NCBI GenBank assembly: GCA_002269645.1
Contig: NIVC01003660.1
Span: 1-64,000 of the forward strand
Length of the DNA stretch: 64,000 nt
From: Macrostomum lignano
Taxonomy: Eukaryota
Direction of reading: 5' to 3'
Shown here: in pieces, positions 1-11,571 of the stretch
Numbering within the stretch: position 1 is the stretch's first letter
How the letters are laid out: each line of letters starts with the position of its first letter
Translations under genes and position numbers: made by a program
Notes under the pieces: model-generated
What the model was told of the DNA's origin: nothing
The model's input: the letters and a program-made list of their open reading frames with translations, nothing else
Database searches by the model: none

Positions 1-335
1 CCGAGATTTCACAATGCCAAGCCTCACAAACCCATATTTCACAATGCCAAGCCTCACAAACCCATATTTCACAATGCCAAGCCTCACAAACCACAGATTT
101 CACAATGATAAGCCTCACAAACCCGAGATTTCACAATGCCAAGCCTCACAAACCCATATTTCACAATGCCAAGCCTCACAAACCACAGATTTCACAATGC
201 CAAGCCTCACAAACCCATATTTCACAATGCCAAGCCTCACAAACCACAGATTTCACAATGATAAGCCTCACAAACCCGAGATTTCACAATGCCAAGCCTC
301 ACAAACCACAGATTTCACAATGATAAGCCTCACAA
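1..335. repeat. ~27-bp minisatellite (ATTTCACAATGCCAAGCCTCACAAACC...), intronic
   Basis: About 12 tandem copies are visible directly. The array ends ~95 bp before the splice acceptor at 429-430. Confidence 0.95.
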
Positions 336-430
336 AAAAAGACTTTTTCTTCTTGACACAAAGCTCATCAGCATGCGTTTAAAAGCTAAAGTTGCACTTG
401 AATCAGCACAACTGACCCCGCCTGCTGCAG

Positions 431-1819
431 GTGTCTAAACAGTGCATCGCGCTCGACGTTGCCCGCATGCAGCGAGCCTTCCTGGTCAAGGACCACCTGG
501 GAGACTGGGGCGTAGTGCAGGGCACCTGGATCGGCTTCCGCAAAGGCGTCCCGGGCAAGCCAGGCGTCAAGGGCGTCTCGCGGGCGTCCCCGGCCAGCCG
601 GCAGTCCGGGCTGCCTGCAGCTGCGCTTCAATGGCCTGCGCGCCGCGGAAAATCCGGGGCTCTGCCGGCCATGGAGCAGCGCAACCTGCCGGACGACCTC
701 GGCCACATGAAGATCACTGTGCGCGACATGTCGGTGGACTTGAAGTCCGGCGTCGTGTCCGTATCGGCCAGCTGCAAGGACGTCGGCCAGCTGGTCTGTG
801 CCGCCTTCTGCGCGGCCACGCTGGAGGTTCTGTGCCAGCCGAGAACGGTGAGCCGCAGGCTGCGGTGTTGAACCAAACCGGGACCACCCCAAGGCGCTCT
901 GATGTGCCAGCGGCCCAGGCTCGATTCCAAGTGCAGTCCACATTAATTTGGGGCTAAATTGGAATCTCGGCTTGGCTCTGCTCGTGCAATTAACGACTTT
1001 GAGGGCCAACCCAAGGCTCAGTGACATGTACATGCCCAACGATAAATAAAGTTAGGGCCGCTGTACACTCCTGTGTGTGTGTGCCTGCTCAGGGGAGTCG
1101 GCGGAATGGGCAGTAATGCCTCTCTCCGGTTGTGTGATAATGTCTCTTAAAGTGCGCCAGGGTGCACACAGACCTGTCTCTGGTACTCGTAAAAAGCTGG
1201 AACACCAAAATGATGAATCTCATCAAGACTGAGCGACTACTCAAATATGAAAAGTTTCTATGAAATCAAAAAATGTTCCTGCGGTGTAGGAATCTAGTGG
1301 CTTCTGACTACTGACCAGTAGTAAGATTAGCATGAACAGCAGTTTGAATTCACAATTCAATGGAACTCACATCAGGTGCGCGAGCGCCAGAACCCGGTGG
1401 ACAGCAACGCCCCGGTGCCGGCGGAGGCGCCGCCACCATTCGGCGCGACGGACCAGGCCCGTGTAGTCGGGGTGCCGAAGCCGAGCGCCAGATCGCTGCA
1501 GAATCGCGGGGACAAGCGCGTCAAGAGGGTGGAATCCGACAGCTTCGCGATGTGCCTGGCGGCCGGGTTTCTCTACGACACCTGGGTGCCATCGAATGCT
1601 TATTACAAGTGCGTCATCAACAGCGGCTCCTGCGGCGGTTGCGTTGGCGGCGCTGTCGGCGACGGAGGCGACGCTGGCGGCGACGGGGGCGACGGAGGAG
1701 ACGCTGGCGGTTGCGGCGGCTGCGGAGGCTGCGGCGGTTGTGGCGGCTGCGGCGGTTGTGGCGGCTGCGGCGGCGGCTGTGGCGGCGGTTGCGGCGGCTG
1801 CGGCGGCTGCGGCGGGTGA
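431..1819 (+). CDS. Last two exons of a glycine-rich domain-containing protein (GRDP/DUF1399-like); 5' part lies outside the window
   Basis: Exon 431-847 (ctgcag|GTG...ACG|gtgagc) and exon 1376-1819 (atcag|GTG...TGA) join in phase 0. The product has WGVVQGTW, GVPGKPG and LEVLCQPR segments and a terminal (GGC)n Gly/Cys tail, the hallmark of GRDP-family C-termini. Family assignment is from recall. Confidence 0.7.
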
Positions 1820-3019
1820 GCTGAGCTGTCAATCAAAATTAAAAAGAGCGCGGAACTTTGCGGAGAGTTATTTCGACAAAAAAACACTTTTTTAATCTTA
1901 TTGTTCTTACTTCTTATATATGAGTCACTTTTGTGTATCCAATATAAATACAGATACAAGTTAGAGTTTCTCTTCTGCTCTGTCTATCACTGTGTCCCGG
2001 AGATCTAGTATCCTAAATCATCGCAGCCATTAATTGAAGAAATCTGCTTTCGCGGCTTTGTTATAGTCCTCGTGTAATTATTCAATAAATTTCTGCATTA
2101 AAAAATAAGAAACATGACTTATTGTCTTATTGACAAAGCTTTGCTATCCTGCATTATCAATACTGATATATAAATTGTTTTATTGCACGCATCTGAGAGT
2201 TGCACAAGCTGCTGTAGTGATAATATAGCTAGTAGTTGAACTATTAATTCATATTTATATACACTGTAGATGGTGTTGTTCACAGTTTAGACAATGCAGG
2301 GTCTTGATCGTCTGTTGTCTGTCCGTCTGTCGCTATTTAGTTTTTTCTGCTGATATAAAAAGATCAAGTTGTTTATTCTTTATCCGTTTGTGAATCTTAA
2401 CTGCACAGGCCCCACCTGCACAGTTAACTCTATAAAAATTGGTCCATTTTGTCTATTAGCACCTGCTTACATGATGTCATACTCAGCTGTTATCTAGGCA
2501 TTTTTGTATGTACTTGTAATTATATTCATATTCTGCTATGAGCTCATCTCTGTGCTCATATATTTCTCCCCAATTATCCTGCAGCTCCGTGCTTAACTTG
2601 AATAATCACCAATATTTTAATATCAACAAATTTCAATGCAGATTTACAGAGAGGCGAAGCCTTGCGAGCAGTTCGAAGGAAGTTGATACCCAGCCAAGTA
2701 CTACTCGATCAAAGAGCCTGACAGATCGAATGCAATAAAAACTTTCTCTCGGTACAAAATACTTTTTTTCGTAAGCCTGTCTAGATATGAATTTCTCAAT
2801 CTGTGCTTCATTTATCGATTATTTCAATACTGTTTTTCCTAGGGACAATGCCTGCTGCCTGATTATTTATAGTCAGCAGAAATATTCAGTAGTATTCAGC
2901 GGGCCAGTATTATATCAAAGGATTATGAAACTGCGTACGGACCAGTCGGTAGGTAGGGACTGTGCAATCTGATTCCGCTAATTAGATTTCGTTATCTAAT
3001 ATATCTAACCTCAGATGTG

Positions 3020-3278
3020 CAACCGACAGCTCAGCCGCAGCTATTGCGCGGCGCATCTGAAGGCTGCGTACGGCTGTTCAGTCCAAGGACTGGGGGGTCG
3101 CCACACACAGCCTCAATTACCCCAGCTAATGCTGGCACCCATTTTACAGCTGGGTGAACTGAAGCAATGCAGAGTTACATGTAAGTGTCTTGCTCAAGGA
3201 CATAAATGTTCCGAGTGGGATCGGAAATCGAACCCCCGACCTTCCAGTCGTGAGTCTGACGCTCTGACCACTAGGATA
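3020..3278 (-). mobile_element. tRNA-derived SINE with CORE-like central domain
   Basis: The minus strand reads TAGTGGTCAGAGCG (A box)...GGTTCGATTTCC (B box), then TGTCCTTGAGCAAGACACTTAC...CAGTTCACCCAGCTGTAAAATGGGT, typical of CORE-type SINEs. There is no intact acceptor stem. Confidence 0.75.
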
Positions 3279-3954
3279 AAACCTCTAACCGCTTGTTATA
3301 GAGCTTGACTGAAAAGATGAAGTATGCATATTAACCGACTACCTGTTTCTTAACTTCCTGCATTGAGGGATTAATTAACGAGCTTTTGTTTCTCAACTCT
3401 TTGAGAAAATATAGGGGGTATGCGTAACTTGAGCTGTAAATTTGATATCAACCTTTATCTTTATTCTGGATCTACATCGCGCGTTTTTGTTCCATGTTTA
3501 GTCATCTCTGATTACAGAAGCGCAGTCGAGTTTGCGGACAAACAGAGGAAGCAAATCAGGATTTCTGAATTCCTTTTTGTATGTCAAAACAAGCGCAAAA
3601 TGTGAGTCTTACTGAGACTCGACCGACTGAAAACTGGAGCGGCAGTTTCTGGTTCACTTTCTAGACACTTCTACAGTGAGTTTGCTCAGTTTTTAATAAT
3701 CAACTAAGCCTAATATTTCCATTTGGAGATGATCCGCACTCGATAGTGTAGTGTGGGAGATGATATTTGTGTCTCAATCAAGAGTAAGAACAGTACATAT
3801 TTGAACTTAATTTTACGCGTAGGCGTAATTAACATGAAGTAGCCAGTCAGACAGAGGCACGTGCAGATACTAGAATAACTAGATGGGCCACTCAGCACAT
3901 TTGCGTGTAAACTACTTTCAGTTCAGTAGCAAGTTAAACAGAATCATTTTAATG

Positions 3955-4330
3955 TATTTTTAAAGCCAATGCTCTTTTATTGGCTCTTGCCCCTCAGCCA
4001 AAACCCCCCAACCGCGCCTTTCCACACTACCCACCGCCCCGCCGGCCCCAATTTTTATGGCCTTTCTCGGAATTCCAACCTAAAGCTGCAATGTACATTT
4101 CAGTGGACTGGCTAATGTACATTATTGTTGAACCAATGAGCAAGTTGTTTACGCCTGCAAGCTTGGCTTTTAAACTTATCAAAGTCATTTCAGCCGCCTT
4201 TATTTTTATACTGAAATTTAATCTTCTTTGCTACTGAACTAAAAGTACATGTAAAAAACTGTTTTACTGAGTATATATGCCTGAGCGGCTCATCTAGTTA
4301 TTTTAGTATCTGTGGCCTGAGGAGGCTGAT
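3955..4330 (+). mobile_element. Dispersed repeat, copy 1 (non-autonomous element)
   Basis: Clearly alignable to 37135-37490 (e.g. CCTTTCTCGGAATTC..CCTAAAGCTGC.ATGTACAT..CAGTGGACTGGCTAATGTACATTATTG) and more weakly to 37500-37800. Confidence 0.8.
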
Positions 4331-5413
4331 AAATTTGTTTGTTTGATTTATCGGAGCATACAAGCATGACATTTTTATTGAATTTCGATAAGACGTCTGC
4401 CTCAATCTGTCATGCTGGCTGTCAAAGTTAACAGAAAACCGGCAGGTACACTGCGCAATACTCGCCAACTCTGACTGAGTTTAGTGTAAATAATTGGGAT
4501 GGATTGAATTCATCTGATCAGGTCGTGTTGCTGCATCAATGATGTAGCATGAGCAGGATCCGGTAAAGTCTGGTGAATGGCAAATGTAAGTCGCAAGTTA
4601 GAATTGGAACAAGCATCTGTTAGACTCAGCAAGATACTCGTATTTCCGAAATCATCAAAGATTAAAGTCGCCGCAAATACTCGTACGAGTACATTTATTA
4701 CGAGCTCGCACAAAAAACTTGGGATTATCTAACAAGTTTGAGCACACGATCTTTTAAGTCTTTAAGAAACACCTCTAGAAATCTTGCTTAGCCATGTTCA
4801 TGGGCTACACTCGGGGAAACATGGCTTATGTCGAAGAACTAGCAGAATCACCCATGAATACCGTAGGAAAGTGTCTGCCCAAGATTTTCAAAAAGATGGC
4901 TCCTACGAGTTCTATATCCTGCAGTCCGTCGAACCCTTTCTTATTGTGACCGAAATCCAATAATCTTTATCTACCGAGACCGTGACTGAGTCAATGTCTT
5001 TGATCTGGTATGTGGAGGACTGGAAGTCCAATTGAAACAGACAGATGCCGGTCCTATAAGTTACACCCAGCATAAAGAACATAAGACGGATTATCGGTGT
5101 CGAATTACCTGAATAATTTAGCTCGTATCTTCTTTGCAGCTAACGCAAACTGGTTAAAAACTATATCGATTCCATTCAGGTCAATTAGTTCTGCATTGCC
5201 GGCAGCAGAATTTCGCATTGGTTGGGAGCACTCCTATACCCGAACTGGCAAGTTGTGCAGGAGACTGCTCAAGGTGTTCGGAGATTGGTTAAGGACCTAT
5301 ACCAGCTGCTTAAAATAAGCTAGCAGAAACTAAGAAAGCAAACCCAAGATACGGAACGACACCAGCTGTTTAATTTATTGTTGTTGATTTCAACCAAGCA
5401 AGGCCCAACAGCT

Positions 5414-6631
5414 ATGGCGCAACCAGGCGTGTAAGTCGTACAATGTGGATTTTACAAATCACATCTTGCTGGCGATTTACTCGGGTAGTTTTATTTAAAA
5501 AGACTTGCAACAAATTGCAATTGCAATTGATCGTTTTGAAAGCTGAAAATTATGTCAAAGAACCGAAAAGCTGCTTGTACGAGAGCCAGTTCAGTTGGAA
5601 AGTACACTTAACTGTACGAATAAGATTAGCCAATTCGCTATGAGTCGATAGAGGCATACCTTGTCATGCAATGACTGCAAGGAACAGCCATCAATAAGTT
5701 GCTTAGATCAGCGCAGCCGAAGTAAAAGCAACTAAGCCTATAAGTTATCAATTGCAAACTTCGAGCAGAAATCTGCATTTCAGACTATTTAAACGAAAAA
5801 ACAAAATCTACCTCGTGCTACAGGCTAATCAGTGTCAGCTTTGCCATCCTGGTTTTGATGCTAGTGACAAATGGCACTCACGGACTATTCAATGAGGACA
5901 AGAGAGGCTACTACTGGCCTGGCATGTGGAACTTCAGGAACGCTGACAAGAGAGGCTACTACTGGCCTGGCATGTTGAACTTCAGGAACGCTGACAAGAG
6001 AGGCTACTACTGGCCTGGCATGTGGAAATTCAGGAACGCTGACAAGAGAGGCTACTACTGGCCTGGCATGTGGAACTTCAGGAACGCTGACAAGAGAGGC
6101 TACTACTGGCCTGGCATGTGGAACTTCAGGAACGCTGACAAGAGAGGCTACTACTGGCCTGGCATGTGGAACTTCAGGAACGCTGACAAGAGAGGCTACT
6201 ACTGGCCTGGCATGTGGAACTTCAGGAACGCTGACAAGAGAGGCTACTACTGGCCTGGCATGTTGAACTTCAGGAACGCTGACAAGAGAGGCTACTACTG
6301 GCCTGGCATGTGGAAATTCAGGAACGCTGACAAGAGAGGCTACTACTGGCCTGGCATGTTGAACTTCAGGAACGCTGACAAGAGAGGCTACTACTGGCCT
6401 GGCATGTGGAAATTCAGGAACGCTGACAAGAGAGGCTACTACTGGCCTGGCATGTGGAACTTCAGGAACGCTGACAAGAGAGGCTACTACTGGCCTGGCA
6501 TGTGGAACTTCAGGAACGCTGACAAGAGAGGCTACTACTGGCCTGGCATGTGGAACTTCAGGAACGCTGACAAGAGAGGCTACTACTGGCCTGGCATGTG
6601 GAACTTCAATTACGATTCTCTGTACATCTGA
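5414..6631 (+). CDS. Secreted multi-copy peptide (neuropeptide-like) precursor, 274 aa, 2 exons
   Basis: Exon 1 5414-5430 (ATGGCGCAACCAGGCGT|gtaagt) plus exon 2 5824-6631 (ctacag|G) give the signal peptide MAQPGVLISVSFAILVLMLVTNGTHG. LFNED follows, then 15 KR-delimited copies of GYYWPGM(W/L)(N/K)F-RNAD. AATAAA at 6643-6648. Confidence 0.85.
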
Positions 6632-8087
6632 GGCGGAGGTGCAATAAATGCTACCCAATGTGACAGCTGGTTTTGCATAAATCTGTATGCCGAAGGAAGA
6701 CGACCTGATTAAATAAGGTTGAAAGTGATGCACACTTAACAAGATTTTAATAGGAAAATATACAGTATATTCATGCCATCTATATGACAGTCAGTCAGGC
6801 AATCTAAAAGAACTTTATCATCTCTTTTGATCATAATGTCATTAGATGTGAGAAGCAAACCTACTATTGAAGTACTGATATGAGCAGGTAAAAGTACATA
6901 TCCATCAATAGTTTTCAGACTAAAAAAACATTTCGATCTACTGAAAAAATCGCGCAAAAAACGAAAACAGCCGACTGACTGACTTGATTGATCAGCAATG
7001 CAGTCCGCGCATTGCAGGCTCTACTGACACCTTGACAGCTTCTGCGCCGGCCCGTCCGCTAGCTGTGCTGAATTATTAATTATAGCGAATAAATACAGTG
7101 TCTAAATGCTTGCAATCTATCAATTTAAAACGCGCGGGAAAGCATAAATGAAACACAATCAGTAATGTCTTGCAATTGAATGAGCAGCCGCAGTTATAGT
7201 TCGGCCTAGAGCTCGCTGGATTGACAATCAAGATCGAATCAAACGATTCGAGACTCGAATAAGAAACGGCCAGGAACCGGACGAAAGGAGGCCAGTATAA
7301 ACAGGTAAACTTGGCGGTTGAGCAGAGCAAATCGAACTTCAGTGTTCAGAAGACGGCGTAGTAAAAAGCCAATGAAATTGGCAAGATCAATAAAGGTCGA
7401 ATCGATAAAGGCAATTAACAGCTGCCAACCTGAGGTAGTGAGAGACTGAAAGCCCTGCTAATCCAAATCCGTACTTCGAGTATATAATAAAAGAAGAAAA
7501 AATTGAAAACAAAACGTGTGCCTCTTAAGTAAAATTTGCACACCGTAATCAGTTGATCAGAGACAATTCCGAAAATAAAAATATGCTAATAATTGTAGTA
7601 ATAGTAGTAGTTAATGCACAGGAGCTAGAAATTTGACTTTCCACATTGAAGAATGTATTTGGTTAGCATGATGGGATAGAGAGTTAATTTTTATGAACAA
7701 ACCGGTACACAGCAGTGCAGATCGCAACAATGCGCAGGCTTGCTACTGTAAGTAGATTATATATAATTTCAAGTGCTGCATTTCCGCGAACTTTCCTATA
7801 CAAATACGACTACAAAGAATAATGTAATAAGCAAAGATAATTTTGCACAACTTTGCGCTCGCATATTGCTACTTAACTTTTCGAATTCTTAAGTAGTATC
7901 AATAGCATACACGTAGGATTCGTGCAATCAAACGAGGCCTGTAACTTATTTATATAGATAAGTATTTTAGCTGCTTATTAATAAAATAAAAGGTGACGAC
8001 AGAAAACAAATAGGCATCATACTTGTACAAACCAATTCGGAGGCATAACTCAATGCTCAACTCAGAACTGTACGTGGGCCAGGCCAG

Positions 8088-8996
8088 CTACTGGCCATTG
8101 GTTTCGGATTTGGCGGCATTGCCAGAGACCGCAGCAGCAGCTACAACAGTCGTCGAGTTCACCGACGGCGCCAAAGCCGCAGCGGACGAAGCGGCTGCGC
8201 TGCCCGAACCGCCAGTTGAAGCAGCAGCAGCAGCAGCAACAGGAGGAGCAGCGGCAGAAGAAGCGGTACTCGGCGAGCCGAACAGCAACAGATCGTGCTC
8301 ATCGCGACAGTGCACCAGCAGCTCCCAGGCGGAGGCGAAGCCGGCACCGCAGTAGCTGCAGTCCATGCTAACTGGCTCGCCAGTCTGCAGACAGCGGCAC
8401 ACCAGGCGCAGCCGACAGCCGGCCTGCTTGTGCGCGCTCAGCTTCTCCAGGCTGGGCAGCAGCTCCTTGCAGTTGCCGCACACCAGCAGGTCTTTCACTG
8501 TCGGATCGTTCAGTGTCGGCCGTTTCTCCGGCTGCACCTCCGGCACCGGGTTGGACGGCTTCACCAGCGACACCAGATTGCTGGCCTTGCGGGCCATCAT
8601 CGAACCGGACGAAGACGAGTTCAACGATGGCACAGAGGGCGTTGTTGACGAGGTCAGATCCTGTCTGGCCCGCTTGATGGCTGGCTGGCCGGACATGCTG
8701 CCCCCGCTGGTGCCGCGACGCATCTTCGGCTCGCTGGCGATGTTGGCGTCGATGCGCATGCCGTGGTACACCTGGCCGTCCTCGCCCTGCACGGCGGCCC
8801 GGGCCGACCATTCCTCGGCGAATTGAACGAAGCCGAAGCCTTTGTGCACCGAGATGCCCAGCACAGTGCCGTAGCGGCAGAATCGCTGCTCCAGTTCGTT
8901 GCGGCTCATCTGGGCGGTGTTTAAATTGCCAACGAATACGCGAGACCGCTGCGACTGCGGATCCTGGGCGCTGGTCAGAGTGCCGCTGTTGTCCAT
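8088..8996 (-). CDS. hnRNP C/RALY-type RRM protein with C-terminal BCL11-like zinc fingers, intronless, 302 aa
   Basis: The N-terminal RRM has RVFVGNLN (RNP2) and HKGFGFVQF (RNP1), as in hnRNP C/RALY. The C-terminal half has DLLVCGNC...HKQAGC (CCHC) and CSYCGAGFASAWELLVHCRDEH (C2H2), followed by an Ala/Ser tail. Confidence 0.85.
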   Translation of the reverse strand: MDNSGTLTSAQDPQSQRSRVFVGNLNTAQMSRNELEQRFCRYGTVLGISVHKGFGFVQFAEEWSARAAVQGEDGQVYHGMRIDANIASEPKMRRGTSGGSMSGQPAIKRARQDLTSSTTPSVPSLNSSSSGSMMARKASNLVSLVKPSNPVPEVQPEKRPTLNDPTVKDLLVCGNCKELLPSLEKLSAHKQAGCRLRLVCRCLQTGEPVSMDCSYCGAGFASAWELLVHCRDEHDLLLFGSPSTASSAAAPPVAAAAAASTGGSGSAAASSAAALAPSVNSTTVVAAAAVSGNAAKSETNGQ

Positions 8997-9129
8997 GGCC
9001 GGCTGGGAGGGATGGGAACGCGAGGAAGGCTAACAAGCTAGTTACTAGTAGTTAACTAATTAACTGTAAGGACATGGGGGCAGCGGCGGCATCGGCGTAA
9101 TAGTTGCTTAGGGTATTTATTCAATGGTT

Positions 9130-9710
9130 ATGGAAAGGGTATTCTAGTGGTATCAAATGGGTATTATTGAGGTATGATGATTATATTATTGAGATACGAA
9201 TGATATCCCGGGGGAATTGAAGGGTATGCTTGGGTTATCGGGGGGTATTCTTGGGGTTGTCGGAGGGAAGATAATCTTGATGGGCATTAGAGGGTATTCT
9301 TGACGGGCATTAGAGGGTATTCTTAAGGGGCGTTGGAGGGTATTCTTGAGGGGCATTGGAGGGTATTCTTAAGGGGCTTTGGAGAGTATTCTTGACGGGC
9401 ATTAGAGGGTATTCTTGAGGGGCATTGGAGGGTATTCTTGACGGACAATAGAGGGTATTCTTGACGGACAATAGAGGGTATTCTTGACGGACATTAGAGG
9501 GTATTCTTGACGGGAATTGGAGAGTATTCTTGAGGGGCATTGGAGAGTATTCTTGAGGGGCATTGGAGGGTATTCTTGACGGGCATTAGAAGGTATTCTT
9601 GACGGGAATTGGAGAGTATTCTTGAGGGGCATTGGAGGGTATTCTTGAGGGGCACGGGAGGGTATGCAAGGATATCCTAGCGGGGGTATCTAAAGGTATT
9701 TAGGGGTATC
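9130..9710. repeat. 23-bp minisatellite (GAGGGTATTCTTGACGGGCATTA), degenerate at the edges
   Basis: Tandem copies are visible; the core is 9290-9660. Confidence 0.9.
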
Positions 9711-9965
9711 GAAGGCTCTCGCAGGAGACCAAAAGTCCACATACTCTAACCTCGCATTCTTCAATCAAAAGCTAATCAAATATTTACAATCGCCTAAAGT
9801 CAAAAGAAAAAAAACAAAATCAAAAGAGAAATATTCCAAACGAAAGCAGGCTACAGCAATGCACAATGCATTTTTTTATACAATGCAATGTATATATTTC
9901 AATCGCTTTCTCAAATATTGTCTCCCAGTTTTCATCATCCTTTCAGCAGACTCTAAGCCAGTTGC

Positions 9966-10343
9966 TCAGGCCTTCACCGCGAACCGGCGCATTGGGAAAG
10001 CGCGCGCCTTTCTCTGCTGCTTGGCGCTAGTGGCGCCGGCCTCGCGCGGCGTCAGAGCGCGACGTAGAGCGCGAGTCTTCTTCGGCCTGAGATCCTTAGG
10101 CAGCTGCTTAGCATTCTTGTGAAATCGGCGCAGGTGCTCCTTCTGCTGCTGGTGCGTGACCGTGTGCACCCTGGCGATGGACTTGCGCACCAGCCGGATC
10201 TGCGCCAGCTTGGAGGCGGCGCCGCCGGTCACCTTGGCAACGCGCAGAGTGGACAGTTCCTGCTTGAGATCGGTGAGCTGCTTCTCAAGCTCAGACTTGG
10301 TTTTGGCGCGCAGCTTCTTGGCTGATTCCCTTTTGTTGACCAT
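9966..10343 (-). CDS. RPL35: 60S ribosomal protein L35 (uL29), divergent intronless paralog
   Basis: [24 protein letters not shown] and [11 protein letters not shown] motifs, C-terminal FAVKA, 125 aa. Confidence 0.95.
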   Translation of the reverse strand: MVNKRESAKKLRAKTKSELEKQLTDLKQELSTLRVAKVTGGAASKLAQIRLVRKSIARVHTVTHQQQKEHLRRFHKNAKQLPKDLRPKKTRALRRALTPREAGATSAKQQRKARAFPMRRFAVKA

Positions 10344-10379
10344 GGCGACGTGGCATAGGGTGATGCAGACGGATAAAAT

Positions 10380-10880
10380 GGGATTCGAGCTATAAACTGG
10401 GATTCGAGCTATGAACTGGGATTTTTAAATTGGGATTCAAGCTATGAACTGGGATTCGAGCTATGAACTGGGATTTGTAAATTAGGATTCGAGCTATAAA
10501 CTGGGATTTTTAAATTAGGATTCGAGCTATGAACTGGGATTTGTAAATTAGGATTCGAGCTATAAACTGGGATTTTTAAATTGGGATTCGAGCTTTGAAC
10601 TGGGATTTTTAAATTGGGATTCGAGCTATGAACTGGGATTTGTAAATTAGGATTCGAGCTATGAACTGGGATTTGTAAATTGGGATTCGAGCTTTGAACT
10701 GGGATTTTTAAATTGGGATTCGAGCTATGAACTGGGATTTTTAAATTGGGATTCGAGCTATGAACTGGGATTCGAAATATGAACTGGGATTCGAGCTATG
10801 AGCTGGGATTTTCAAATTGGGATTCGAGCTATGAACTGGGATTTTCAAATTGGGATTAGAGCTATGAACTGGGATTTTCA
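10380..10880. repeat. 33/19-bp minisatellite (ATTCGAGCTATGAACTGGGATTTGTAAATTAGG)
   Basis: Tandem copies lie directly upstream of the RPL35 start. Confidence 0.9.
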
Positions 10881-11571
10881 AACTCAGATTTTTTCAAAAA
10901 TTAACACAAGCAAAAGTACACTGTTGAAGAGTAGTATGTGAGCACGTTAACAGATTATTTTTATTTGTCGAATCAATTGTCAAGCAAGCAAGAAGTGTCA
11001 CGAAGGGTCAGTTATTCAATATGGTAGTTAGAATAATCCATTTATATTAAATAGAAGGAAAAGACAAAACAAAACAGAAAGAGACAGTGGGGTAGTTGGT
11101 GCTGTGAACAGTTAGTTATAGCAGGCATTTTCATCATAACAGAATTAGAAGACAAAATGAGTAATAGAAAGAAAGAAACATACAACAAAGGCCCCTTAAC
11201 GAAATGAAAATTCGAAATAGTTTATAGCCAGCAAATCTTAAGTCGTAAATCGTACATTAAGTACATCGTAATTATATGTGGGAAAAATATTCTATAATTA
11301 AATACTCGTATATTAAGTGACAATACAATAGCTGGTCTACTATCTAGCAGAGGTGATTTTTATAGCATTTAAACACCGTAATGCCAAGAAGGATTCCATA
11401 TTTAGGATTAATTGTTGTTAAAGGAGCCAGCTTGGTGCATTTAAATTTATCTCCCGAGGACTTTCTCCTGGAAGAAACAGAGATGAAGCCTCTTTTACAA
11501 GGTAGAACAACCATTAAAAAACGAATGGATTTTTTTGTTTCTTGGGGTCAACTGAACCTCCAGGCTTCATC

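Noticed and set aside
386-1039. Antisense and alternate-frame ORFs over GC-rich exons (also 8295-9036, 13129-13588, 19405-19888, 41853-42777)
   Set aside because: Shadow ORFs caused by high GC3 in the real coding frames.
5897-6608. 48-bp repeat array as a CRISPR array or a plain minisatellite
   Set aside because: There are no unique spacers and the context is eukaryotic. The in-frame signal peptide, KR sites and polyA signal favour a coding repeat. The antisense 285-aa ORF is a by-product.
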